DNA of 46,759 bases from a virus (Duplodnaviria > Caudoviricetes): the IMG/VR virus record IMGVR_UViG_3300016667_000311, positions 1-46,759 of that record. One strand, given 5' to 3'. The notes under the pieces were generated by a model. The model had not been told where the DNA came from, ran no database searches, and saw only the letters and a program-made list of their open reading frames with translations. Positions 36,001 to 42,196 of this stretch are shown here, in pieces; position 1 is the stretch's first letter; every line of letters starts with the position of its first letter. The translations under genes and the position numbers were made by a program.

Positions 36001-39000
36001 CCGCTTGCTGGGTCAGTGGTGAACGGCAAGACGACGCCCTTTGCGGTTACGGAGCCCATCAGGGTGAGTTTCTCGGTCACGACATACGTCTTCGAGCCAG
36101 CCAAATCGGAAATTCCAGTGAAAACCAACGTTTTCCCGTCCATGCCATGGAGGAATCTGGCCACCTGCTTGGGCGTGTCCGACCTCTCGGCCTTGAATTC
36201 GATTGGGTTGCCAGCAGGGTCGAACGCAGTAGGGAAGGAGCCAATAGTGTCCTTGGATGCGGCTACGTTTTCTGCGATGAACAGTTCCGTTCTGTGCTTT
36301 CCTAGGCTCTTGATGGTCTGCCTATCCCCCATCTTGGAGAACGCATGAGCGGCCCAAAGGTTTTCCTTGTATGCTTCGATGATGGCCGAGTAAGCCCCGA
36401 CCCTTTCCTGAACGCCGAAGGATTCGAAAGTGGGAAGGTTTTTCTGGTCGTGCTGGCTTAAGAAACTCTGGACGTCCGCAGGAAGTTCCCATTTGTCGGC
36501 ACGGACTTGTGCCACGAACTGAGGGCCAGCGGAAAAGACTCTTGCTTGCCCGTTGAGGAAAGATTCGGCAAGTCCTACGGCCCAATCGTTGAGCGAGACC
36601 TTGATTGGGTCTGGCATCAATGCGAGCAGGTCGATTCTATTGCCAGTCGCATCCAGAGACCTGCTTGTGGAGAACCTATTGAACAGGGCCTGAGCGTATC
36701 TAGGCAACTGTCCAAATCTGGTGTTAATTACGCCTCCGCTCACCCATTTAGGGATTTTTCCTGCGACGATTGGTTGCCCATTGGGGCCGAAGTCGGCGAG
36801 GATTCCGACAGCCATCTGGTCGTACATCTCATCCTGTCTGCCCTGAAGCCATGCGTCGAAGTTGGACGAGTCCTTTATTGGATACGTGGTGTCAGCGTTG
36901 AATTCGGTGTAGAAATGACCGAGTGTCACGCCAGACCTGTAAACAGACATGAAGTCTCCGTCCATGTCCGCAAAAGCGGTTCTAATCGCACCAGCCCTCT
37001 TGTTCTTGAAGTCGAGCAGTCCTTGGAGATGGATGCCCATGAGAGTGACAGTTGACTTTAGGTCGCCAGCGGTTGCGAAAGCATGCTCGGAAACCGCGAA
37101 CTGTCTCGCACCCTGAGGGCCTCCCATGAGGCCAGCGGTAAGACCGCCAGAGAAGTCGGACCTAGGGTCATAGACGACCTCAAGGAAGTCGAAAACGGGA
37201 CCAAGTGCCTTTCTCCATTCACCAGCATTGGACACCAATTTGCTAATCTTGATGGATGGGACGTCTGCTGGACCTTGGGTCTTCCCATTAATCCTTACGT
37301 CATGGACATGCTGTAGTATCTGTCCGTTGAACTTTTTGACTTCTAGGTCCCCGTGGTCGATTGCCAGCGGGAGGAATCTAGGACGCCCCCTGCTGTCGAG
37401 AGAAACCATCAGGTTCGCCGAGCCGCTATAGACGGCGGACGAATCCATAGGCTCCATGACGATGTCTTCCCTGATTGCCACATCGCCGAAGTCGTTGAGC
37501 GTGGGTGCCAGTTCGGCTGGATTGACTGTCTTGAGATTCTTTTCTACGGCTGACTGTGCTTTGGCGAAAGTCTTGAACACGCCGACAAGGTTGCCGAACG
37601 GATTGAACAACTTGAGGGAAGGTTCTTCCCCTCTGATTTCGTACCCGTTGGCGTCGGTGTAGAACCTGCGTCCGTTGTTGAGTTCACGCTGTACGAAGCC
37701 GCCGACCATGGCGTTTCTACGCATCGGCTCATAGGCGACGCCTTCCCTGAATCTGAGGCCCATGACCTGCCCTCTGAACGCCTCTGGGAAAATCTGGGAC
37801 TGTCTCTGGAGATTCGCCATGAGGTCGAACCTCAGGGAATGAATCGGGTAAAGAGGTCCGTCCCTGCCGCCAGCGTATCCTTCTGGCACGTTGATGTAGG
37901 ACTCGTCGTTGCGTTTTCTTCCGCCCCAAGTCTCGTACATGACATCTCTGACCCGTTCGGCATTCTTTCCGAATTCGGGCCTGAGGAACTCAGCCGAGGG
38001 CTTTCTCTGGCTCGGGTCCAAGGAGAACTGCTCGAACCATTCCAAGAAGGTCTCGGTGTAGTGTCCGAAGTCCTTGAACAGGGACTTGACGTCCGTCCTC
38101 TGCCACATGTTCATCTTGCGTCTGTTCAGGACGTTGATGTCCATGGCATGGACAGTGATGTGTGAACGTGGCGTCCTGAGCGGATTACCGAGTTCGTCGA
38201 ACTTGCTTACGATGAGTTCGATGTCGAATGGTGCGAAGTGTCTGAAAGTGATTGGTACCTGACGGCCTTTTAGTCTTTCTCCTAGGGCGGCTTCGACGAC
38301 CTGCTGGCTCCATCCGAGATACTGGGCGGTGAAGGTGTTGAACACTGGCTTGCCAGCCTCAACCTGCTTCATGACGTCAACCATGCCCTTGAGGTTGTTG
38401 AATTCCTCCCTAGAGTAGACGCCAGTGTCGTAGATTGCTTGCCAAGCCTCCTGATTGAGTTCCGTCAGTTTGATTCTCTTGTTCCCACCAGCGGAGGTCT
38501 GGAACTTGGGTCTTACGGACTCGGGAAGGGATTCGATTGCGGCGGCGATGGCGTCGGCGTCTTGCGTGATTTGCTCTTCGACCTCCTTCTTGTTCTTCAT
38601 CCTTCCTCCACTGAGGAATCTGGTCTTGTGGGCTTGCTTGAGGTAGGCCTCCTGTCTCTCTGGGGAGAGGGTGGATACATGGACGTCTCCGTATCTCATG
38701 ACGTCCCTCATCACCTGCGTTGACCACTTCTCAAGCATCGGGAACGCCTGATACTTCCCATCATCCCAGAAGATAGCCTCAAGGAGGGTGTCATACTCGC
38801 CTTCCTTGTTCCTGATTAGGACGCCAGCCGTCTCAAGGTCGTTGACCTTACGCTGGTTCATCAAGGTGAACCAGTTCTCCATGGTGGCCCTGATGGACTT
38901 GAACTGGGGATTCCTTAGGAATACGTCAGGGGACTTCAGGAGGAGGCTGTTCGACTGGTTGTAGGCGAAGGTCTCATGCATGAGCCTCTTGAGGAGGGGG

Positions 39001-41252
39001 AACTCCTTGAAGACCAGATAATCGGCTCCGCCCTGATAGTCCAAGTCAAACATCTTGACGGGGTCCTGCTTGAGCCTATCCCTGAGCCTTCTGATTTGTG
39101 CTCTGGCGTATGCGATGTTTCCGAAGTCTCTCATGACTATCGTGCCGAGGCCCTTGGTAGAGATTTGACTTCCTCCCACCACGACGGGATTGCCGTCCTT
39201 GTCTACGAAGTATGCGACTGGGGATTCATCTGGGCTTTCCAGCCAAGCCTTGGCCGCATTCTTGTCTCCGCCGAAGAGATGGATGTATCTCCCCATGCTG
39301 TAGTGAGCGATGAAAGCGGCGAGCACCTCGTCGGGGACGACGCCAGAGTTTTCTTCTCCGCCGATGAACGACCTGATTGCCTCCTTGGCGGAGCCGTCGT
39401 TTCTGCTGAAAAGGATGTCCAAGAACCTGTGTCCGTACTCATGCAGACCAGTCTCGGGAGTGGCGGCGTTCGGATTAAGCCAAACGTAACGCTTGCCGCC
39501 GAAATTGAGTTCACCGCCTTTTGCGTTATTGGCGGCGGTAAGGTCTGTGCCAAGTTCCCTGATTACCTCGACGAGTCCGAACTCCTTCACCAATGCGTTT
39601 ACGTCTGCATGCCTGACCTGAGTGTCAGGGTCGGTGTGCCAGCCCATCATGAACTGGGCCCTGACTGCGGCGGAGACTCTTGCGTCTCCCTTGGAGTCAA
39701 CGAACTTCAGGAACGAGCGTACGTTGTCGGCGTGTACTGGGCTGGACTTTCCAATCTCAAGGATGACCCCGTTGTCGAAGTTCTTGATGATGTTGGTCTG
39801 GGCGATTTCCTGAGAATAGACGTTATGGATGTGCCTGATGGCACCAGAGAAGCCACCCCAAGCGAAGCCCATGCCAGTACCCTGAGAAAAGCCCTCTCCT
39901 CTGGCGTTGAGCGAACCGAGGACGCCCATGTAAGCGGCGTCTCCGACGGCCCTCTTGAGGGCTGGGAAGGCCATAGATGCTGGCCATCCGACGACGACGT
40001 TGGCGAACTTGGCTACGGCCTGTCCTTCCTTGCTGAGCGGGATTCTTCCGCCATTCAGGGCGAGGCGACCCATCAGGTCTTGGCCAGCGTAAGCCGACGG
40101 GACCTTGACCACGCCTTGGGCGGCGTCAATTAATTCATTGCCGAGTACGCTGACATACTCAGCGATAGGCTTGACGCCGAGGGAGAACAGGACGCCTCTG
40201 ACAGGGGAGAGTTCCTTGCCACCAACGCTACCCGACACGTCCGTGAGGAAGGTGGAAGCCCCATTGGAAATCTCGTTAGGGATGTGTCCGACTCTGGACT
40301 CGATTTCGGCAGAGCCTCGGAGAATTCTCTCCTTGATGAATTCATACGGAGCAGAGGCTACGGCGGCGGTGCCGACCATCGTCTCCCCCGTGATTTTCAG
40401 GGACAGTTCCCTGAACTTTCTGGCGGAGTTGGAGAACCAGTCCTCGGTTGCGGCGGCGTTTTCGGCGGCTGTCTTGTGGAGGAGTTTGGAATCTTCCAAG
40501 GCATCGACCAACGCTGGGCCACCCTTGAAAGCCTTCACGGACGCCTTGAGTCCCTGCTTTCTGAAGGCGGATGCTATGAACTCAGGAGCGTCAAGGCCGA
40601 TGTACGAAAGGGCGTTGGCGAACTTGGGGTCAATGAGGCTTTTGGCGAACTCCTTGTAGTTGTCAGGCACCCAATGCTCCAGAATCGTGTCCCTGCCTTC
40701 CTCAAGTTCATTGCTCCTGTTGTTCCACCATCTGGCTTCGTTGAACTGCTTGATTCTGTCTTCTACAGTGCCAGTGCCCTTGATGAGGTCCTTGAACCTG
40801 AATAGGGGAGAGGAAGGGTCTTCAGACTGCCAAAGCAGTCCAGCCAAGTCTCTGGCGTCTCTCAAGATGCCGTCCGCAAGGGAGGCGACAGTCCTGTCTG
40901 GTCTGGTGGTGAATACGCCCTTGAAGATGTCTACGGGGACTTTTGCGATTCCGACAGCCGTCTCCTTGAGGAGATTAAGGGATACGTTGTTTCTTCTAGC
41001 GTTGGCTTCTTCAAACCTGAGATACAGTTCCCTTCCCTCCCTCGTCGTATGGTCGAAGGTCCTGTCCCTGTTTTCCTTGATGAAATCATAGATGTCATCG
41101 TTGGTCAGGGTGTACGGGTCCTCGTTGCCTTGCTCGGAATTAATCGAGGGTCTGGCAAGGTGCGAGAACTCCAGAGCCTCTCCGCTAGCAATCTGGCTAG
41201 CGGCTCTGTTGATTAGTTCTTCGGACGGGTCTTGGGGTTGGTTGGGTTCCAT
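24063..41252 (-). CDS. Giant 5,729-aa polyvalent-type virion/ejection protein with two HExxH metallopeptidase motifs (one LPD23-like)
   Basis: Uninterrupted 17.19-kb ORF at the end of the internal-virion block. HEYGH at 39429-43. LPD23-like KLGDILDH..LY..YPSL...LLHEIQHAIQ (34749-63)...HEIEA. C-terminal GHVR...IEEIQSD module. Confidence 0.9.
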   Translation of the reverse strand: MEPNQPQDPSEELINRAASQIASGEALEFSHLARPSINSEQGNEDPYTLTNDDIYDFIKENRDRTFDHTTREGRELYLRFEEANARRNNVSLNLLKETAVGIAKVPVDIFKGVFTTRPDRTVASLADGILRDARDLAGLLWQSEDPSSPLFRFKDLIKGTGTVEDRIKQFNEARWWNNRSNELEEGRDTILEHWVPDNYKEFAKSLIDPKFANALSYIGLDAPEFIASAFRKQGLKASVKAFKGGPALVDALEDSKLLHKTAAENAAATEDWFSNSARKFRELSLKITGETMVGTAAVASAPYEFIKERILRGSAEIESRVGHIPNEISNGASTFLTDVSGSVGGKELSPVRGVLFSLGVKPIAEYVSVLGNELIDAAQGVVKVPSAYAGQDLMGRLALNGGRIPLSKEGQAVAKFANVVVGWPASMAFPALKRAVGDAAYMGVLGSLNARGEGFSQGTGMGFAWGGFSGAIRHIHNVYSQEIAQTNIIKNFDNGVILEIGKSSPVHADNVRSFLKFVDSKGDARVSAAVRAQFMMGWHTDPDTQVRHADVNALVKEFGLVEVIRELGTDLTAANNAKGGELNFGGKRYVWLNPNAATPETGLHEYGHRFLDILFSRNDGSAKEAIRSFIGGEENSGVVPDEVLAAFIAHYSMGRYIHLFGGDKNAAKAWLESPDESPVAYFVDKDGNPVVVGGSQISTKGLGTIVMRDFGNIAYARAQIRRLRDRLKQDPVKMFDLDYQGGADYLVFKEFPLLKRLMHETFAYNQSNSLLLKSPDVFLRNPQFKSIRATMENWFTLMNQRKVNDLETAGVLIRNKEGEYDTLLEAIFWDDGKYQAFPMLEKWSTQVMRDVMRYGDVHVSTLSPERQEAYLKQAHKTRFLSGGRMKNKKEVEEQITQDADAIAAAIESLPESVRPKFQTSAGGNKRIKLTELNQEAWQAIYDTGVYSREEFNNLKGMVDVMKQVEAGKPVFNTFTAQYLGWSQQVVEAALGERLKGRQVPITFRHFAPFDIELIVSKFDELGNPLRTPRSHITVHAMDINVLNRRKMNMWQRTDVKSLFKDFGHYTETFLEWFEQFSLDPSQRKPSAEFLRPEFGKNAERVRDVMYETWGGRKRNDESYINVPEGYAGGRDGPLYPIHSLRFDLMANLQRQSQIFPEAFRGQVMGLRFREGVAYEPMRRNAMVGGFVQRELNNGRRFYTDANGYEIRGEEPSLKLFNPFGNLVGVFKTFAKAQSAVEKNLKTVNPAELAPTLNDFGDVAIREDIVMEPMDSSAVYSGSANLMVSLDSRGRPRFLPLAIDHGDLEVKKFNGQILQHVHDVRINGKTQGPADVPSIKISKLVSNAGEWRKALGPVFDFLEVVYDPRSDFSGGLTAGLMGGPQGARQFAVSEHAFATAGDLKSTVTLMGIHLQGLLDFKNKRAGAIRTAFADMDGDFMSVYRSGVTLGHFYTEFNADTTYPIKDSSNFDAWLQGRQDEMYDQMAVGILADFGPNGQPIVAGKIPKWVSGGVINTRFGQLPRYAQALFNRFSTSRSLDATGNRIDLLALMPDPIKVSLNDWAVGLAESFLNGQARVFSAGPQFVAQVRADKWELPADVQSFLSQHDQKNLPTFESFGVQERVGAYSAIIEAYKENLWAAHAFSKMGDRQTIKSLGKHRTELFIAENVAASKDTIGSFPTAFDPAGNPIEFKAERSDTPKQVARFLHGMDGKTLVFTGISDLAGSKTYVVTEKLTLMGSVTAKGVVLPFTTDPASGLENPMHTLLGQDGQIEMPTDLEATILGIVPFSGISGRGTMYKNFDTGWHVSHVEDIAKSIKIPFDQAKDGTAQGLQAFTRMLYSKGLDSADLVYLHGVATGAMMAEIAKSIIAGDPNNYFSKMMGTFATAKGSMPVNWRNVAPNDFAKAIANRGYAKIIHTGVNASMDSLATKPTKKGINPKAKLALASTSSIVSASLNVKGDVFGHHKNTPKVASAITAMVNQYKALGYNLSKSVPRNYETKGQLMLGGFTNSTAKERDMLETGAMRLVKTDSGRTYKAFEFSDKDATLLLEKVGGKMHLVPFMEDGEKGFETFVRNTEMGLNAVFMDTNSVKLGDILDHRLLYLHYPSLKNVVVQWKEGYGADYNPDSDVIRLGIDTFIGDEMSSRRSPDYRTHASFGHEGQRYATETLLHEIQHAIQMREMWTDSYALTAGPQSVGGPIMAANISGVAGRTIAESGRGKVVNEAGTLIYSDDPTRAPTNFSDAETLRSIYRLGNTPMHKHLRQIAYPAFMRVSNEAINALTDAHLHHPPAHPARRNAESAVKSIVAMRNEAKELADRFSRGEISEDAFKSMMCDLDSGLASRFIKRITQVRNSMFLDKSVLGYKLYDHLDNVEKYLHRSIEALDGFEFIAKMAERDGLNGDVILASTKLRQVFNNLAGMHYLSQRHEIEANLTEKRSRMTQAELNSTGLNPDGSRKTLLDTISGAMDIGYKGNTLRNIGIALRNKQRVRVADLMIGGVGSKDPSHSVRNKDVISLLARTSLISWTIRQLKNELDSLDRVAIIGRGWEVAEDGSVKLVAKTATIQLDMKKPRKEFRKMGEDIVSGIPDDPQSGRGPVYYLDDEDKVHVTNAIWGSGERTVTMEDIARIIDGIVTNEWEIRTPTEAMDAILRDDFPSVVRVSELEKVLRDRGVSEDGITMANIGAFFVEENGRSRKYGSLELTKYELANLLAVFHKQYVNERIVSTTEGVQKFRGVNIDTSQVTPERLITAIEQQGSHESDPLRSFIYERTGSMFDLAESEQTTLRSEGGPRIGIANFVENQNLRSDTVQFSPFSKPTWMSNEDFDAIVQRLEKKGYFNQGSFFYRVSMKGSNLGDAEVSAAQALAIEMNKRIRRKLFLIKPFYERVMGVIDSANDQNARHIKVRLLDEMTKAMIEPELEAMREYTSASSLSNTQGVILGGSAGDFAADFSKGPSARFGMTLALVGSGNDLSGGSGFIELQTIQTAVGPTMPDYRQNRTFVRGGSEESRNYDASTWDEGTMRYLFRENAHDQERMSNRTFEHLHQIISVTKDLAGVAREILDMAESAWDGEATIDKLNKVRLINDISGRLSQVEERTTSLIGDNKESHSDAPSRNVITGQSYIDGVAQRIAQESFLLKGYVGKDGSIVVGETKTANTVSSVQLKGLVSMPYFDGSGVPSVAANPAFVTSAVSSLIARDIAVRTVLFGEIREGDSTQSPLEYIAPISDFVEQFRVSTTPAISFDNVAAYESVSVKNTVNGLHALHSAVYVGTARLGKHTEINGALGASKDFYETWGMNWPNLRAGVNGASDVSAASYVPAMAPLIAAAFSPKQVGVRSGKLTIVDHLLPEQRQLLKNARDAYRDFSMDTGSTPTPEQKAASDAFFQSISEKQHGLMFGHLDTANSEITFSALCGAYEAMSMIRRLPEAPAMDAMFGRGTKELLVEEIGKYLSEGRYLFEKGNSEGPMGRTRLVQGNSGRLWMQAMYSSIMGNELNRHLLLGVWSLMDQHASGYRTVIKSGDPSKHDYPHYYRNGYKQNLLQDFPDKPYADIHTVYPRRVFAVIGTEKVLTDSHNITTAIGDPVHSLASTPSEFRGGDRVYDHHLLEPTETGLAESLFEPIDPLKTSTNYVADVNAVPQNTSSPVIGASRIDVGMRGSPVSAKLTRKQMVDSIIRQARKSKTDVVSIEPARMRLSGRLISSSIQRNFESSTAGSREGVAFRAHAYGVSNNLFGPYTLITKNESGTQTSQNIVPPRVALTEPMRGFAWKRLEDGSLVLNISGDITGYKAGYLGNQTRIDPSRVQKLPTGFSIRESLGYDPRSGEISNANPYITLFGMQTASLGGMGAAGLQRYFRIGGEDWRKQIVAAARNRLKYGDAVRPSYEGTSSNREGIRNSSNYINFNVYEALVNSENAHNDKDVVALALAINGHKTGAQHITLTFSPEEANPDMIKAVLMAVMVQGQGAELMQSIWNRVYERQGSDMNPYLGDGEKIMELLKLSGSNAYYLSGPQSRLEQIMGQRVPDIGRTVNATEIPEILALGGSDSIKEGGRTPDEARAGFEKRADQIISRSQDIIPDIERIASAAVGADHGYILPDAERHLAKNGDLAVSIQHMFPNRPELQQFAWDGKETNGVSIVHRGPKAKPTGYFVTYDIQTGVTDSGEPMYSRKVVPVKTLVEAEALRNKYGTSASKAILAQALVSAGSGQAVVKDGVMSENDNVDVSVRANKHLGYSERQAGNLAMVNDGTFTVGDLDLNLSKAEATALSAALGSRSVLQTKIPPVEVGRANLMIGNADARELEGMLRRKLNFGFGQGPIEFVSKMMRVVAYGKRKTGRDKYPDSMTGLEWFKFLKENSVSKDEIRMSGIAYLLHDNAETHLTRRDLAEFIYTVYPRTSRQARTTQRDIGPEVSRVKTGSLSGVYDMPYLEDLQTKEDFVIKTHLNNLESVAGLIEESLQDDTKRADAEALKNAIMKSIEYTVAEMGAPNSLTGLTDLTTAINHLRNLYQEGRDVTAYTIGGYRGESRKVRPAILEYVMADSIFGRTGDQYRTIETAIGDLGLINPYSIQYADTSSNVNPFSVLMTNGDRGQYATSLNQGVGPMSSSYDSSTPLFPLYQAQNFYYHGGNYHSSWASFTGYYQSNPIFTEYSNRRIKAERDAAVKILRQRIEGASDNATKAKYESIISNINRVFEVREMIKAGHTLGDFGHYSDNDHGTFQIGHVRTTQTILSGEYGFGDPKTPNYHAEDSVYGYTYDPEVVLAIEEIQSDSFQYHSFGVPSTPEKALPDSLEQVEGFKRSGDMAKLIESRDKLRSVLHNVGGMIGTNIHRLSQYGYGDVELNANYAVRLLGSLSPIERFLLRTDLGLIDSGRTVEVPENMRKYTNNLSRIPVFEFPDISEYKEGGFMSKEGYSHEIAQKVSNELMYVAGQSVLAGLLPEKVGMHSLEDSFNSIQMGNYSSSSRAITPSLIFALSALADEEVISKSIEIEKANKDILPYKGIDWDSVARRTLDRLKARREEIINRETGDTYTKYAKIKFFDALMDSYEEWISSPQNRSSAIIVDHEKFLEWQYTGMDEYNDLQKHVFSNKESFRVITPPHAYKSGVGGRLFPSQRGVNNDLETFVGKTPSGIAGTRTFEIGTKEFEEMNMNHFLQYRVGATALGNMVANSVQPLIALMSSAADAPERLKQIEKDITELAKVLPVMPSGRDPAILNSLPFGVEDVYKPISLNGTVMRAANAGLSAITYADARHQVNRGHSMDTAAAMLVGRQSHIMYMGQDNPKAFLLSYLNMLPDWLTYQLHGGFMARMANFGPDEFRGYFRNRQAFEHNGVNAPYNVHLLLTLKDAMPHLFTEGISIDDVPADNGLREVWKALSDGNIESIKDEVTFSDSSFKGDSFLVDPDGKPLKPRDLSTLFMQQYYGKQIVGEKKNGSQRAIDNGLANIGRYHFWFERGDAMGYVSQYGAPSWFMESIMWGQSKKNLQKFATDAFIRPNAVLRDDGTYAIINSKTGQTIMEGIRDIQMLKEAMLQNSEYVGSLPYIGQFVKQWGPVGGYVTLGHSNGSVTGSDNVEWSRHFGFDEGSLDPTGIQKRRSSYRNQAPNLLGNTATGTGGGTFANAPTKPMSPTGYLSTQLGYKIWFKHVMKVDVTDSDAVSNALTTIATSGGPVLRFKPKFPSEAHKAAFRKKIVEGIALLMPADGGLGKPKADTATLETLSRIYKWFSKTTQGRKIPTQGEALQDEDESSR

Positions 41253-42196
41253 TATCGACGCTGTACAGTGGATTGCATGAGGGCTCTACGCTTAGCATCC
41301 ATGCGTGTGTCGATTAGGTCCAATCCGTTGTTTCCTGCAACCTCCTTTAACTTCAGGAGCACGTTTTCTCTGGTGCTGTCGAGGATAGACATTTCATTTC
41401 CGCCGAGCCTGAAGAATGCGTTGCTCGCTCTCTGGGGAACCATGCTCTCAGCGATTGCCATGTCGTTGTCTGACACGTTGCCGCCCATGCCCTTCATGTC
41501 CTTCATGATGCTCAGGTAGTCCATCTTGAGGTTAGACTCGATGGCTCTGGCCATGGCTGAGTCATTGGAAGGGTCTAAAGAGCCAAGGTAGATGTTGTTC
41601 TTGTAGATTTTTTTCAACTGATTGGATAATGCATAGAACCTCTGCACCCTGCCAGCGAGGGTTCTGAATTCTTGAGCCTTCATGTCTCCGCCCTTAAACG
41701 CAACGGAGCGAACGCCCATTCTCTTGGCGATTGCCATGGCTGGGATGCTAGCACTTCCGCCATTGCCGTCTGGGACCGAATAGTTGCCCTTGGGAGACGC
41801 CAAGAAACTGAACTGACTCTTGTTTCCACGCTCATCCTCGTCTTCGAAGTCAAAGTTTTCCCCGATTTGGAAAAGAGCGGGACCTTTGCTCTTCATGATG
41901 GACTCGACGGCACTGAAATCTCCGATTCCAGCGTAGAACCTTGCGTCGTTAATCCTGAAATCTGCGTTCTGGCCCTCTCTGGATGCCTTTCTTTGCTCGG
42001 AAGCCATCTGTGCCCTAGCCTTAACGTACTGTTCGGTGGGCTCAAGGTGTGCAGACGGGTTGAACCCGAGCGACATGTTTAATTCCTCGATGCTTTTGGG
42101 GCGTTGGCTTTCTTGGCCAAACATCTGCCCAACTGTCAGGTTTGCCTGACCCTTGACGTCGTCGGCGTACTGGGAATAGTCGGTGTTATCTTCCAT
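41252..42196 (-). CDS. Probable internal virion protein
   Basis: 314 aa, helical, with a GGNVSDNDMA motif; directly upstream of the giant gene. Confidence 0.65.
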   Translation of the reverse strand: MEDNTDYSQYADDVKGQANLTVGQMFGQESQRPKSIEELNMSLGFNPSAHLEPTEQYVKARAQMASEQRKASREGQNADFRINDARFYAGIGDFSAVESIMKSKGPALFQIGENFDFEDEDERGNKSQFSFLASPKGNYSVPDGNGGSASIPAMAIAKRMGVRSVAFKGGDMKAQEFRTLAGRVQRFYALSNQLKKIYKNNIYLGSLDPSNDSAMARAIESNLKMDYLSIMKDMKGMGGNVSDNDMAIAESMVPQRASNAFFRLGGNEMSILDSTRENVLLKLKEVAGNNGLDLIDTRMDAKRRALMQSTVQRR

